This document shows, in pieces, positions 54,948 to 64,000 of a DNA stretch of 64,000 bases. Under the pieces are notes generated by a model that made no database searches, was not told where the DNA came from, and was given only the letters and a program-made list of their open reading frames with translations. Position 1 is the stretch's first letter; every line of letters starts with the position of its first letter. Origin of the DNA: Chloroflexota bacterium (GTDB taxonomy: Bacteria > Chloroflexota > Dormibacteria > CF-121); contig VBEE01000035.1 in NCBI GenBank assembly GCA_005881715.1, positions 12,260 through 76,259 on the forward strand, written 5' to 3'. Position numbers and translations under genes: made by a program.

Positions 54948-55685
54948 TTATACCGCCGGTTGGGTAGGAGCTCGAAAAGATGTTCGGACCTGCACGGCCA
55001 GCCGCTCCGCATAGAGGGGGCCAAGCCGTTCATGCTTGAAATAGACGTAGACGTCTCGGCCGCCCTCCAGGTAGCCCGTGATTCGCTGGCTCCACGCGGT
55101 GAGCCGCTGCGGCGAGTACGTCTCCCGTCGCAACCGCAGGTAGATGAAGGCGCCGCGGCCAAGCGGACCAGGCTCCGCCTCGCCATCGCCATGGACCAGA
55201 GCTGCGCCCATCCGCTCGATCAGGTTGGCGACCTCGGGCGTGTGCCAGGATCGGTGGCGAAACTGGAACGCCACCCGCCACCCGCCGGGCAGCAGCGGGA
55301 CGATCCGCGGAAGCCGGCTTTCGTCGAATGGCGCGGTTGGCGGAAACTGGAAGAGCAGCGGACCCAGCCGCTCACCGAAGCCGGCAGCCTCGAGCGCCAG
55401 CACGCGGACCGCTTCCTCCAGGTTGGGCATGCGCCGGTTGTGCGTGATGCGCCGGTGCGCCTTGACGGCGAATCGAAAGTCCGGCGGAACCGCGGCCACC
55501 CAACCGGCAACGACGTCTTCGGGCTGGGTCCGATAGAACGTGGTATTGACCTCCACCGTCCTCAACCGACCGGCGTAGTAGCCGAGCATGTCCGTGGCCT
55601 TGAGGCCCTTCGGGTAGAAGCTGCCGCGCCACCCGGTGTAGGAGAAACCCGATGTTCCGACGAACAGCTGCCCGCTCGCCGGCAT
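54948..55685 (-). CDS. DUF72 (YecE/UPF0759) family protein
   Basis: 'LFVGTSGFSYTGWRGSFYP' and 'NTTFYR' are DUF72 hallmarks. Confidence 0.8.
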   Translation of the reverse strand: MPASGQLFVGTSGFSYTGWRGSFYPKGLKATDMLGYYAGRLRTVEVNTTFYRTQPEDVVAGWVAAVPPDFRFAVKAHRRITHNRRMPNLEEAVRVLALEAAGFGERLGPLLFQFPPTAPFDESRLPRIVPLLPGGWRVAFQFRHRSWHTPEVANLIERMGAALVHGDGEAEPGPLGRGAFIYLRLRRETYSPQRLTAWSQRITGYLEGGRDVYVYFKHERLGPLYAERLAVQVRTSFRAPTQPAV

Positions 55686-55699
55686 TCAGCGCTGTCCCT

Positions 55700-56293
55700 T
55701 TAGATGTTGGGGACGCCCTTGATGAGTCCCATGAACTCGGCGCGGGTCTTGGGATCGGCCTGAAAGATGCCCAACACACAGCTGGTGAAAACCCGACTGT
55801 TTTGCTTTTCGACCCCGCGCATCTTCATGCAGAGGTGATCGGCCTCGACCACGACGGCGACGCCGACCGGCTGGAGGTATTTCTGGAGGCACTCGGCGAT
55901 CTGACGCGTCATCCGCTCTTGCACCTGCAGGCGTCGGCTGTAGAGCTCCACCAGGCGCGGCATCTTGCTGAGACCGACCAGCCGGCCGCTAGGGATGTAG
56001 CCGATGTGCACCCGGCCGAAAAACGGCAGCAGGTGATGCTCGCAGAGCGAGTACATCTCGATGTCCTTCACCACGACCATGTCCTTGTAGGTCTCCGTAA
56101 AGGTGGCATCCCCGAAGACGTCGTCCACGGTCATGCGATAGCCGCGGGTGAGGAACTCGAGGCTCTCCTTGACTCGTTCCGGCGTGTCGCGCAGGCCTTC
56201 CCGCGAGGGATCTTCGCCGAGCAGGATCAGCTGATGCCGGACCAGCGCCTCCATCGAAACCGCATCCCCAAGACGGTCGGCTGGCTGCGCCAT
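55700..56293 (-). CDS. folE: GTP cyclohydrolase I
   Basis: 'SLCEHHLLPFFGRVHIGYIP' and 'VEADHLCMKMRGV' are the FolE active-site motifs. Confidence 0.9.
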   Translation of the reverse strand: MAQPADRLGDAVSMEALVRHQLILLGEDPSREGLRDTPERVKESLEFLTRGYRMTVDDVFGDATFTETYKDMVVVKDIEMYSLCEHHLLPFFGRVHIGYIPSGRLVGLSKMPRLVELYSRRLQVQERMTRQIAECLQKYLQPVGVAVVVEADHLCMKMRGVEKQNSRVFTSCVLGIFQADPKTRAEFMGLIKGVPNI

Positions 56294-56339
56294 GGCTCAA
56301 TTATGGACAGAACAAGGCGGCGGGCCGCCGGCCGAGTGG

Positions 56340-57119
56340 TCAGCTGATGACGTTCATCGGGTCCTGGGGGAATTCGCGCAGGTAGGCCTGCATCGCCACC
56401 CAGAGCGCCTTCACCGAAATCGTCTGAAAGTCCGGTCCACGATATCCCGCCAGCGGCGAGGGCGTCTCGGCATAGGTGATGGTGTCGAGCGCGGGGTCGT
56501 TGTGGCTGAAGTCGAAGGCAAAGACCGTGATCATGTGGGTGGCGTTCCAGTGGTTCCAACCCGGCATCGTCTTCGTCATGGTTTGCAGCATGACGGGCAC
56601 ACCATGGCCGAAGCTCACGATCGCCTGCTGGTCGAGGATGTCCTGCACGATCCGGGCCTGCACCTCGTCGAGCGTCGTGACGTGCGCGGCCTGGTAGCGG
56701 GGCTGCCCAAGGACGGGGAGCACCATCGGGTTGAGAAACTGGTTGATGCCGTTCGTCGCGTCGGCGCCGTACTCACCGCGGTTGGGATTCAGCTTTGACG
56801 CGCGGGCGACGGTTTCGATGTCCGGCACTTCGGACATCCAGGCCGAGAGGAGGACCTGGGTGGCGCCTGCTCCGCAGTAGTTCCGGTGGGCCCAGTCACC
56901 CGGCTCGTGGTAGCCGCGAACTTCCACCGCTCCCTGGCTGGTCGAGACCTGGCCGACCGTGACCGAAGGCTGCGGTTCGGGGGTGGGCGAGACCTTGGGG
57001 AAGTTGTAGGCGAGTGCCACCGGCCCAATCGGGCGCGTATTCACCTGAGCACCAAAGCACGAGGGGAGGAGCGCGGCGAATGCCATCGCCAGCGCAATTT
57101 TGATTACTCCCTGTGACAT
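56340..57119 (-). CDS. Secreted protein with putative C39-like (papain-fold) cysteine peptidase domain
   Basis: Signal peptide 'IALAMAFAALLPSCFG'. Candidate catalytic Cys in 'NYCGAGATQVLL' and a later His ('NATHMITVF'). The assignment rests on motif resemblance only. Confidence 0.5.
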   Translation of the reverse strand: MSQGVIKIALAMAFAALLPSCFGAQVNTRPIGPVALAYNFPKVSPTPEPQPSVTVGQVSTSQGAVEVRGYHEPGDWAHRNYCGAGATQVLLSAWMSEVPDIETVARASKLNPNRGEYGADATNGINQFLNPMVLPVLGQPRYQAAHVTTLDEVQARIVQDILDQQAIVSFGHGVPVMLQTMTKTMPGWNHWNATHMITVFAFDFSHNDPALDTITYAETPSPLAGYRGPDFQTISVKALWVAMQAYLREFPQDPMNVIS

Positions 57120-57287
57120 TTTGGTCTCATCCTAGCAGTGACGGTATCAGCTGGCCAGACCCTGCGGCCGGTTGTTACAACGGTGCCCACCCCCGCATGG
57201 TTACCAGCGACCTCCAGTATGGCGAGTCGTGCGCCGCGACTTCGGTCCTTATAGCGCCGCTGTCACACTATCGTAATATGGAACCAG

Positions 57288-58745
57288 GTGTTCAGCAGGA
57301 AAGCTGCTCGGCAGCAGCGGCGCCCCACGAGCGACATCCAGGACCCACTACGGGCCCGGGTCAGGCCAATCCCAGAACCCTCTAGAGAGGAGCTGGCCAA
57401 ACAGGACAGCACGACGTCTGGCCTTGCCGCCGGGGGGACGCCCGATGCCGGACGGACGACGCTCGACGAGGCGCGCCGCAAGGGTCCCATCGGGTGGCTC
57501 CAGCTACTGGGACCCGGCTTGATCACCGGGGCGAGCGATGACGATCCGAGCGGCATCGGCACCTACACGCAGGTCGGCAGCCACTTCGGCTATGGGCTCC
57601 TCTGGACGGCCCTCTTGACGTTTCCACTCATGAGCGCGGTCCAGGAGTTGTGCTCGCGAATCGCGTTGCAAACCGGCGTCGGCCTGGGCATCAGCCTGCG
57701 GCGCAAGTTCCCAGGCTGGCTGGTCGGCCTCGCCATTGCCGGTTTGCTGGCCGCCAACACCTTCAACGTTGGCGCCGACCTCGGCGCCGTGGCGGCCGCC
57801 GGCGAGCTGCTTTCCGGCGGGCTGGTCAAGACGATCTGGCTCATCATTCCCGTCGCCGCGCTGATCCTGAGTCTGCAGTTCCTCGTCAGCTACGCGACCA
57901 TCTTCAAGATCTTCAAGTGGTTGACGCTGGCGCTGTTTACGTATGTCGTTACCGCATTCCTTACGCATCCGCCGCTGGCGACCCTGGTGAAGGCGACCTT
58001 CGTTCCACACGTGGAGCTGTCGAAGGACTTCATCATGGCGCTCGTCGCGGTGTTGGGGACGACGATCTCCCCTTATCTCTTCTTCTGGCAAGCGTCTTCG
58101 GAAGTGGATGAATTGAAAGCCGCCGGCGCGACCAGGCCATTGACGGGCCGGCGTGGGCTTCGGCTCAAGGAGTTGCACGCCGCGCGCCTCGATATTTTCA
58201 TCGGGATGGCCTTCTCCAACCTTGTCATGTTCTTCATCATCCTGACCTCGGCCGCGGTCCTTCACGCCCATGGCAAGACCAATGTCGAGACGGCCAGCCA
58301 GGCAGCGGCCGCATTGGCTCCACTCGCCGGTCCATTCGCGTTCGTGCTATTCGCGCTGGGGATAATCGGCAGCGGTCTTCTGGCTGTGCCGATCCTCGCG
58401 GCTTCCGCAAGTTACGCGCTCAAGGAATTCCTCGGTCTGCGCGGCGACCTGGCGAGCAAGCCACGCTACCGCCCCACCTTCTACATCATGCTGGCGGCGG
58501 CCACGATCGCGGGCGTGGCCATGAACTTCATGCACCTCGACCCGATTCGCGCCCTCTTCGTCACCGCTGTGATCAACGGCATCGTGGCCCCGCCGCTGCT
58601 CATCCTGATCATCCTGCTGGGCGCCGATCACCGGATCATGAAGCGCCACGCCAGCGGCAGGCTCAGCCTGGCATTGACGGGGATCGCCGCCGGCCTGATG
58701 ACGCTGGCGGCGATTGCCCTGTTCGGCACCATGGTTGCGGGGTGA
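57288..58745 (+). CDS. NRAMP-family divalent metal cation transporter (MntH-like)
   Basis: 'GPGLITGASDDDPSGIGTYTQVGSHFGYGLLW' (DPGN-type motif variant) and 'MSAVQELCSRIALQTGVGLG' in a polytopic protein. GTG start. Confidence 0.8.
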   Translation: MFSRKAARQQRRPTSDIQDPLRARVRPIPEPSREELAKQDSTTSGLAAGGTPDAGRTTLDEARRKGPIGWLQLLGPGLITGASDDDPSGIGTYTQVGSHFGYGLLWTALLTFPLMSAVQELCSRIALQTGVGLGISLRRKFPGWLVGLAIAGLLAANTFNVGADLGAVAAAGELLSGGLVKTIWLIIPVAALILSLQFLVSYATIFKIFKWLTLALFTYVVTAFLTHPPLATLVKATFVPHVELSKDFIMALVAVLGTTISPYLFFWQASSEVDELKAAGATRPLTGRRGLRLKELHAARLDIFIGMAFSNLVMFFIILTSAAVLHAHGKTNVETASQAAAALAPLAGPFAFVLFALGIIGSGLLAVPILAASASYALKEFLGLRGDLASKPRYRPTFYIMLAAATIAGVAMNFMHLDPIRALFVTAVINGIVAPPLLILIILLGADHRIMKRHASGRLSLALTGIAAGLMTLAAIALFGTMVAG

Positions 58746-58824
58746 TCGAGCGCTAACCGGTGGCGCGAGGCCGAAGTCGAAGTTCTTAGTCTCTTCTCAT
58801 CCCGACGTGCTTTGATGGTGGCGA

Positions 58825-59505
58825 GTGTCCGAACAACCGCACGTGCTCGTGGTCGACGATGATGCGAAGATTGCCGCCGCGCTTCGCCGGGCCCTGATCT
58901 ACGAGGGGTACCAGGTCGAGGTGGCGCCCGACGGCCACATCGCGCTCGCTCGGGCACGCGATCGCATGCCCGACCTGGCAATCCTCGACATCATGATGCC
59001 CGGCATCGACGGGCTGGAGGTCACCCGCCGACTCCGTGCCGAGGGGGACGTTCCGATTCTGCTGCTCACGGCACGGGACGGGATGGCCGACCGGGTCAAG
59101 GGCCTGGACACCGGCGCCGACGATTACCTGGTAAAGCCCTTCGCCTATGAGGAGCTCCTGGCGCGCGTCCGGGCGCTGCTTCGCCGGCGGGCGCCCCGGG
59201 CCCGCCGCACCCTTCGCTATGCAGACGTCGTGATGGATCTCGCCACTCGCGAGGTCAGGCGCGCCGACCAGCCGATCACCACCACCGCGAAGGAGTTCGA
59301 CCTTCTTCAGCATTTCATGCGCAACCCGGGCCAGGTTCTGCGGCGCGAACAGCTACTGGACGCGGTCTGGGGTTTCGACTTCGGCGCCAGCAGTAACGTG
59401 GTCGACGTCTATGTCGGCTACCTGCGGCAGAAGCTGGAGCAAGGCGGCCGGCCGCGGCTGCTGCAAACGGTGCGCGGGGTTGGGTACATCCTTAAGGAGG
59501 AATGA
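58825..59505 (+). CDS. OmpR-family response regulator
   Basis: Receiver domain ('VLVVDDD...[11 protein letters not shown]...YLVKPF') and winged-helix output ('[12 protein letters not shown]...VWGFDF...[12 protein letters not shown]'). Confidence 0.9.
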   Translation: MSEQPHVLVVDDDAKIAAALRRALIYEGYQVEVAPDGHIALARARDRMPDLAILDIMMPGIDGLEVTRRLRAEGDVPILLLTARDGMADRVKGLDTGADDYLVKPFAYEELLARVRALLRRRAPRARRTLRYADVVMDLATREVRRADQPITTTAKEFDLLQHFMRNPGQVLRREQLLDAVWGFDFGASSNVVDVYVGYLRQKLEQGGRPRLLQTVRGVGYILKEE

Positions 59506-61030
59506 ACCATCTATCGGTGATCGCGTCCGGGTCGCTGAACGCCTGACCCCAATTCGCCGTTCCCTGATTCACGTCTGGCGATGGCTCGACCTCCAGACGG
59601 CTCTTCGCCGGCGCCTCCCGATCCGCGGTCGGATCGCGCTGTTTGGTGCGGTGGTCGTCGCGGTGACGGTTGTGATCTTCAGCGGCCTGGTTTACGTGGT
59701 GGTGCAGCGGAGTTTGGTCACGCAGCAGGACGGCGTCCTCCAGCGAGGAGGCGATCGTGCCTGGACCGTTCTGGCGTCGGGCGGGCGGGTCCTACCCGGC
59801 CGAAATTTCTTTCCGCCGGACTTGAACAACAGCTCGGAACCCTTTTACGAACTGTTCGATTCGCAGGGCACGCCCTACATTTCGAGCGCGGTGATTGACG
59901 GCGTTTTCCCACAGATGCCGTCAGGTGCCCTCGAATCGGTTCCCGCCGATCGAGGGGTCTTCAGGAACGTGCAGCCCAGTGGGGGGCCGCTCGTCCGCGC
60001 ATACGTTCGTGCGTGGAATCGCCCTGATCTGGGGGTCAGCGGCTACGTGCTCTATGGCCAACCGCTGTTTGGGATTCAGGCGCAGCTCGACGCCCTTCGC
60101 TTGTTCCTGATTGCCGGAGTGTTTTTGAGCCTGCTCGGTGCGGGAGCCGCCAGCTGGTTGGTCGCCGGCCGCGCGCTGCGACCACTCGACTCCATGGCCA
60201 CGACAGCTGAAGACATCGGCCGCACGCAAGACCTGAGTCGGCGACTCCCTGAGAGTGGACCGAACGACGAAGTCGGCCGATTGCAACGGAGTTTCAATCA
60301 GATGCTCCGACAGCTCGAAGACGCCTACCAGCGGCTGCGATCCGCGTTGCTCGCGCAGCGGCGGTTCGTCGCCGACGCATCGCACGAGTTGCGGACGCCC
60401 CTGACGACCATTCGCGGCAATGTCGGGCTCCTGCTCAAGCGCGAGGATGTCAGCGGCGAAGACCGGATTGCCGCGCTGAACGACATCGCCGGCGAGAGCG
60501 AGCGCATGAGCCGAATGGTGCAGGACCTCTTGACGCTGGCGCGCGCGGATGCCGGCTACCACCTGGAAAAAGCGCCGATCGATCTGCTGCCCATCGTGCA
60601 GGACGTCTCGCGCCAGGCGCAAACGTTGCGACCTCTCCGGCAAATCGAAGTGCTCGACGGGGCGCCCGCGCCGGTTTACGGAAACGCGGATGCGATCCGG
60701 CAATTGCTCTGGATCCTGATCGACAACGCCATGAACCACACGAATCCGGACGGGCACATCCAGGTACGGCTGATGCCGGGGTCCCAGTCGGCGAGGCTGG
60801 TGGTCACCGACGACGGACCCGGAATCCCGCGGCAGGATCTCGAGCGCATCTTCGAGCGCTTCTACCAGTCCGATGCCGCCCGTTCCGGAGAAGGAACCGG
60901 CCTCGGCCTGGCGATCGCCCGCTGGATCGCCCAGGAGCACGGCGGGCGGGTGTTCGCGGCAAACAACCCGCAGGGGGGCGCCGCCTTTACGGTCGAGCTG
61001 CCAACGCCTCAAACGCTCGCATCGCACTAA
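59411..61030 (+). CDS. Membrane sensor histidine kinase (partner of the OmpR-family regulator)
   Basis: TM helices ('[24 protein letters not shown]', '[22 protein letters not shown]'), a HAMP domain, H-box '[13 protein letters not shown]', N-box 'LIDNAMNHT' and G-boxes 'DDGPGI', 'GLGLAIAR'. The only canonical in-frame start (ATG 59411) overlaps the regulator by 95 nt. The true start may be non-canonical, near 59520-59570. Confidence 0.8.
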   Translation: MSATCGRSWSKAAGRGCCKRCAGLGTSLRRNEPSIGDRVRVAERLTPIRRSLIHVWRWLDLQTALRRRLPIRGRIALFGAVVVAVTVVIFSGLVYVVVQRSLVTQQDGVLQRGGDRAWTVLASGGRVLPGRNFFPPDLNNSSEPFYELFDSQGTPYISSAVIDGVFPQMPSGALESVPADRGVFRNVQPSGGPLVRAYVRAWNRPDLGVSGYVLYGQPLFGIQAQLDALRLFLIAGVFLSLLGAGAASWLVAGRALRPLDSMATTAEDIGRTQDLSRRLPESGPNDEVGRLQRSFNQMLRQLEDAYQRLRSALLAQRRFVADASHELRTPLTTIRGNVGLLLKREDVSGEDRIAALNDIAGESERMSRMVQDLLTLARADAGYHLEKAPIDLLPIVQDVSRQAQTLRPLRQIEVLDGAPAPVYGNADAIRQLLWILIDNAMNHTNPDGHIQVRLMPGSQSARLVVTDDGPGIPRQDLERIFERFYQSDAARSGEGTGLGLAIARWIAQEHGGRVFAANNPQGGAAFTVELPTPQTLASH

Positions 61031-61131
61031 AGCGGGCTCGCGTGGGCCGGAGGCCCGTTCAAAGTCTTAGCGACCTCTTAGGCACCGCTCACAGACGGCT
61101 CATCGGCCCGGCGCAGCATTGAGCTCGCGCT

Positions 61132-62367
61132 ATGCAGGATCCCTTCAGCCCGGACTTCATCGACACCCCCATTGCGCCTGAACCACCCTCACCGGCTCCC
61201 CAGCCGACATCGGCTCAACCGGCTCCCTCCTTTCCCCACCGTCCGGCGCGCAGCATGGCCGTGGCCATGCTCGCCGCCGGGCTGGTCGCCGGCAGCGTCG
61301 GCGGCGGTGCCATCGGTGCGGCGCTAGCCAGTCAGCACAAGACGGCAGCGACGACGACGGCATCGACGGTTGGCGCCGGCGTCGCCGCCCCGGCTCCCGC
61401 GCCAGGGTCCTTTGCGGCGATCTACCAGCAGACCGCCCCCGGCGTGGTCATGATCTCCACAGCCATCGCGCGCGGAGGCGCCCGCTCCTTCAGCCAGGCC
61501 GAGGGTTCGGGGATCGTGGTCGACAAGCAAGGGGACATCCTGACCAACGCCCACGTGGTGTCGGGAGCCACGCAGATCCAGGTCATGTTCAGCGACGGGC
61601 ACTCGGCCACCGGTCAGGTCAAGGGCGTGGACCAGAGCGCAGACCTGGCCGTGGTGAAAGTCTCGGTATCTTCGGACCAACTCCATCCCCTTGCCGTCGG
61701 GAATTCGGACACCCTGCAGGTAGGGGACACGGCGCTTGCCATTGGCGCGCCGTTCGGCCTGGCCGGCTCGTTCACCGCCGGCATCATCTCCGGCTTGAAC
61801 CGCAGCACCACAGCTCCCAACAACCGGGCGCTGACCGGCATGATCCAGACCGACGCGCCCATCAACCCGGGTAACTCCGGCGGCGCGCTGCTCGACGGGC
61901 AGGGCCAGTTGATCGGTATCAACGATTCGATCCAGAGCCCGGTCGAAGGCAACGTCGGCGTCGGTTTCGCGATTCCCATCAACCGCGCCGAGACGATGCT
62001 GCAATCGCTTGAGAAGGGGATTGCCATCGAGCACCCGTGGCTCGGCATCAGCGGCCAGACCCTCACGGCGACCACGGCCAGCCAGCTCGGACTCAGCGAG
62101 AAATCGGGCGTGCTGATCGTCGCGGTGGTGCCGAACGGGCCCTCCGCAAAAGCCGGGCTGCAGGCCGATGGGCAGCCCTCGGCGAACGATGATGTGATCA
62201 CCGCGATCGACGGTCACGCGATCACGACGATCGACCAGCTCACACAGTACCTCGATACCAAAAAGGTGGGCGACCGCGTCACCCTGGCGGTGACGCGCAA
62301 CGGCCGGCATATTTCTGTGGGAATCACACTGGGCAATTTCCAGGCCCAGCCGTCGGCGACGCCGTGA
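61132..62367 (+). CDS. htrA: HtrA/DegP-family serine protease with PDZ domain, Pro-rich N-terminus and membrane anchor
   Basis: Triad contexts 'ILTNAHVV', 'DLAVVKV', 'GNSGGALLD'. PDZ domain 'GVLIVAVVPNGPSAKAGLQ...DVITAIDGHAITTIDQLTQYL'. Confidence 0.85.
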   Translation: MQDPFSPDFIDTPIAPEPPSPAPQPTSAQPAPSFPHRPARSMAVAMLAAGLVAGSVGGGAIGAALASQHKTAATTTASTVGAGVAAPAPAPGSFAAIYQQTAPGVVMISTAIARGGARSFSQAEGSGIVVDKQGDILTNAHVVSGATQIQVMFSDGHSATGQVKGVDQSADLAVVKVSVSSDQLHPLAVGNSDTLQVGDTALAIGAPFGLAGSFTAGIISGLNRSTTAPNNRALTGMIQTDAPINPGNSGGALLDGQGQLIGINDSIQSPVEGNVGVGFAIPINRAETMLQSLEKGIAIEHPWLGISGQTLTATTASQLGLSEKSGVLIVAVVPNGPSAKAGLQADGQPSANDDVITAIDGHAITTIDQLTQYLDTKKVGDRVTLAVTRNGRHISVGITLGNFQAQPSATP

Positions 62368-63878
62368 TGCGACAGGCGCCGACGCTGAAGCCGCTTCCCC
62401 AACTGCGCCGGCGTGCCTGGCTCACCGGCACGCGCGCCTGGCTCGCCGGTCTAGGTCTCGTCGCCGTGTTGCTCGTCGGGTTGATCGCTCGCGACACGGT
62501 CCTGGCGAAGCCGGCGGCCGCCACGATTCGGACGGCGAGCGCGGATCGCGGCACGGTGACTTCGGTGGTGAGCGGCACCGGCTCGCTGGTGCCTGCAGGA
62601 CGGATGAACGTGAACTTCAGAGTCGGCGGTATTTTGAGCGAGGTCGACATACGGGTGGGCGACACGGTGAAAACGGGCCAGGTTCTCGCGCGCCTGGACT
62701 CGACCACGCAGCAGGCCGCCCTGAGCCAGGCGCAGGCGTCCCTCGCCTCGGCGCAAGCCAATCTCAAGGCAACGCAAACTCCGCTGACCTCGGCGCAGGT
62801 GGCCCAGTTGCAGCATCAGGTATCGGCCGCCCAGCAGAACTACAACGACACGGTGGCCTCCGTGAACGCCACCAACCAGGCCGACGCCACGACCGTCGCC
62901 AACGACCAGGCGAAGGTCAACACGGACTGCGGGATCGATCCGGGCTCGATCGCCTGTACGCAGGACAAGACCCTGCTCGCCAACGACCAAAGCAAACAAC
63001 ATATGGATGCGATCAGCGGCCAGTCACGGATCAACTCGTCATCCCAGCAGGTCACTTCATCGCGCGACAACCTGGCGGTGCAGACCCAGGTCAAGCCGAA
63101 CGCGCTGGCCTCGGCCCAGGCGCAGGTTGCTTCCGCCCAGGCCCAGGTCCAGGCGGCCCAGCTCGCCCTCAACCAGACCACGCTGACCGCGCCGACCTCC
63201 GGCGTGGTGATCAGCCTGAGTGGGGTTTCCGGCGAGTCGGTGGCGGGCGGCGGATCCGGCGCTACGGCGCAGGCTCCAGGGTCGCTCGCGCCGCAACCGG
63301 CCTCGAGCAGCGCCACCGGCTCTGGTGGGTCGTCGGTATTCATGGTCATCGATGACACCAGCAGCTACGTCGCGGTGATGGCGTTTCCTGAGACGGATGC
63401 CGCACGGCTCGCCGCCAACCAGACGGCCGCACTGACCTTCGACGCGATACCCAACCTGACCATCTCCGGCCACGTGCTGAGCCTCAGCCCGAGTGCAACC
63501 GTGGTGTCGAATGTTGTCGACTACTACGTCAGCTTCGTGCTCAACCGGACCGACCCCCGGCTGCGCGAAGGCATGACGGCCAATGCCGCGGTCACCGTGG
63601 CCCAGGCGGACAATGCGATCCGTGTTCCCAATGCCGCGGTCCAGACCCAGGGCGGGACCACCACCGTCAACGTGCTGGCCAACGGCCAGCAAGTGTCGAC
63701 TGAGGTCGTCACCGGCATCGTCGGCGATAGCTACACCGAGATCAAAGCCGGGCTCAGTGAGGGTGACAAGGTGGTGCTGCCGGCCCTGCGCACCACAGGG
63801 ACATCAACCACGAACAGCAATAATCTGCTCCGGGGCGGCGGCTTCGGGGGTGGAGGCATCCGGAGCGGCGGAGGGTGA
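62364..63878 (+). CDS. Efflux transporter periplasmic adaptor (HlyD/MacA-like membrane fusion protein) with Gln/Ala-rich coiled-coil
   Basis: N-terminal TM anchor, 'RVGGILSEVDIRVGDTVKTGQVLARLD' (biotinyl/lipoyl-like hairpin motif), a long coiled-coil and a beta-barrel domain. It overlaps the stops of htrA and of the downstream ABC gene by 4 bp. Confidence 0.7.
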   Translation: MMRQAPTLKPLPQLRRRAWLTGTRAWLAGLGLVAVLLVGLIARDTVLAKPAAATIRTASADRGTVTSVVSGTGSLVPAGRMNVNFRVGGILSEVDIRVGDTVKTGQVLARLDSTTQQAALSQAQASLASAQANLKATQTPLTSAQVAQLQHQVSAAQQNYNDTVASVNATNQADATTVANDQAKVNTDCGIDPGSIACTQDKTLLANDQSKQHMDAISGQSRINSSSQQVTSSRDNLAVQTQVKPNALASAQAQVASAQAQVQAAQLALNQTTLTAPTSGVVISLSGVSGESVAGGGSGATAQAPGSLAPQPASSSATGSGGSSVFMVIDDTSSYVAVMAFPETDAARLAANQTAALTFDAIPNLTISGHVLSLSPSATVVSNVVDYYVSFVLNRTDPRLREGMTANAAVTVAQADNAIRVPNAAVQTQGGTTTVNVLANGQQVSTEVVTGIVGDSYTEIKAGLSEGDKVVLPALRTTGTSTTNSNNLLRGGGFGGGGIRSGGG

Positions 63879-64000
63879 TCACCCTCGAGGGGATCACGAA
63901 GGTCTATCGCGCCGGCGAGGTCGAGGTCCCCGCACTCAAAGGCGTTTCGCTGCACATCCCGGAAGGCGAATTCGTCGCCATCATGGGTCCCTCGGGGTCT
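63875..64000 (+). CDS. ABC transporter ATP-binding protein (MacB/LolD-like), 5' fragment at window edge
   Basis: 'VITLEGITKVYRAGEVEVPALKGVSLHIPEGEFVAIMGPSGS' is a Walker A region typical of MacB-type ATPases. Truncated by the window end. Confidence 0.75.
   Translation, partial: MITLEGITKVYRAGEVEVPALKGVSLHIPEGEFVAIMGPSGS

Noticed and set aside
53273-55703. 274-aa and 411-aa plus-strand ORFs
   Set aside because: Antisense to the ligase, ku and DUF72 genes, whose translations carry clear family motifs.
57120-57287. Metal-responsive riboswitch or operator upstream of the Nramp gene
   Set aside because: I could not identify a convincing palindrome or a yybP-ykoY-like structure by inspection. 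I left it unannotated.

Overview
This is a gene-dense, high-GC (roughly 65-70%) bacterial chromosomal segment. The coding sequences I support are nearly all core metabolism and housekeeping, with many 4-bp ATGA/GTGA start-stop overlaps. I found no transposase, integrase, CRISPR array, tRNA or rRNA.

Genes in order:
- A ChlI/ChlD-type AAA+ chelatase subunit, truncated at the left edge.
- An AT-shifted orphan ORF.
- An acyl-CoA dehydrogenase, a hotdog thioesterase, and a divergent cytoplasmic PAS histidine kinase.
- plsY overlapping a ketopantoate-reductase-family gene.
- A four-gene BMP-type nucleoside ABC importer.
- pgsA.
- A menaquinone cluster: ubiE/menG divergent from an LLM-family flavin oxidoreductase fused in frame to MenA.
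- A CPBP protease, hpt, a PDZ-less HtrA-like protease and a single-domain response regulator.
- An A-type Fe-S carrier and an Fmt-like formyltransferase.
- A glycolate locus: glcA/lctP permease, glcDEF, and a divergent FMN alpha-hydroxy-acid oxidase.
- A 7Fe ferredoxin, korAB (2-oxoacid:ferredoxin oxidoreductase) and an AmmeMemoRadiSam-type radical SAM enzyme.
- A solitary CpaF/TadA ATPase with a long Pro-rich N-terminus.
- A complete SUF operon (Rrf2 regulator, sufS, sufU, sufC, sufB, sufD, a Rieske protein, DUF59).
- A flavin reductase, surE and an FAH-family hydrolase.
- Two molybdenum hydroxylase loci: an orphan large subunit and a complete S-L-M operon.
- A BNR/Asp-box secreted protein and two convergent mini-lipoproteins.
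- A Ku plus ATP-dependent ligase pair, DUF72, folE, a C39-like secreted peptidase and an Nramp transporter.
- An OmpR/histidine-kinase pair followed by an HtrA protease with PDZ, a membrane-fusion protein and the start of a MacB-like ABC ATPase.

Most notable observations:
- A ~40-bp GC-rich perfect-palindrome repeat family occurs as tandem doublets at two loci. One copy sits in frame exactly at the junction of the LLM and MenA moieties.
- The LigD-type ligase next to Ku has motif I 'AWDGVR' in place of 'KxDGxR', so the adenylation lysine is missing while motifs III to V are intact.
- The CpaF-like ATPase has no other pilus or secretion genes nearby.
- Two convergent small Cys-containing lipoprotein genes are an imperfect inverted duplication.
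- The AT-shifted ORF at 1491-1928 has no recognisable function.

I could not identify any single overt novel multi-gene system such as a defense island.
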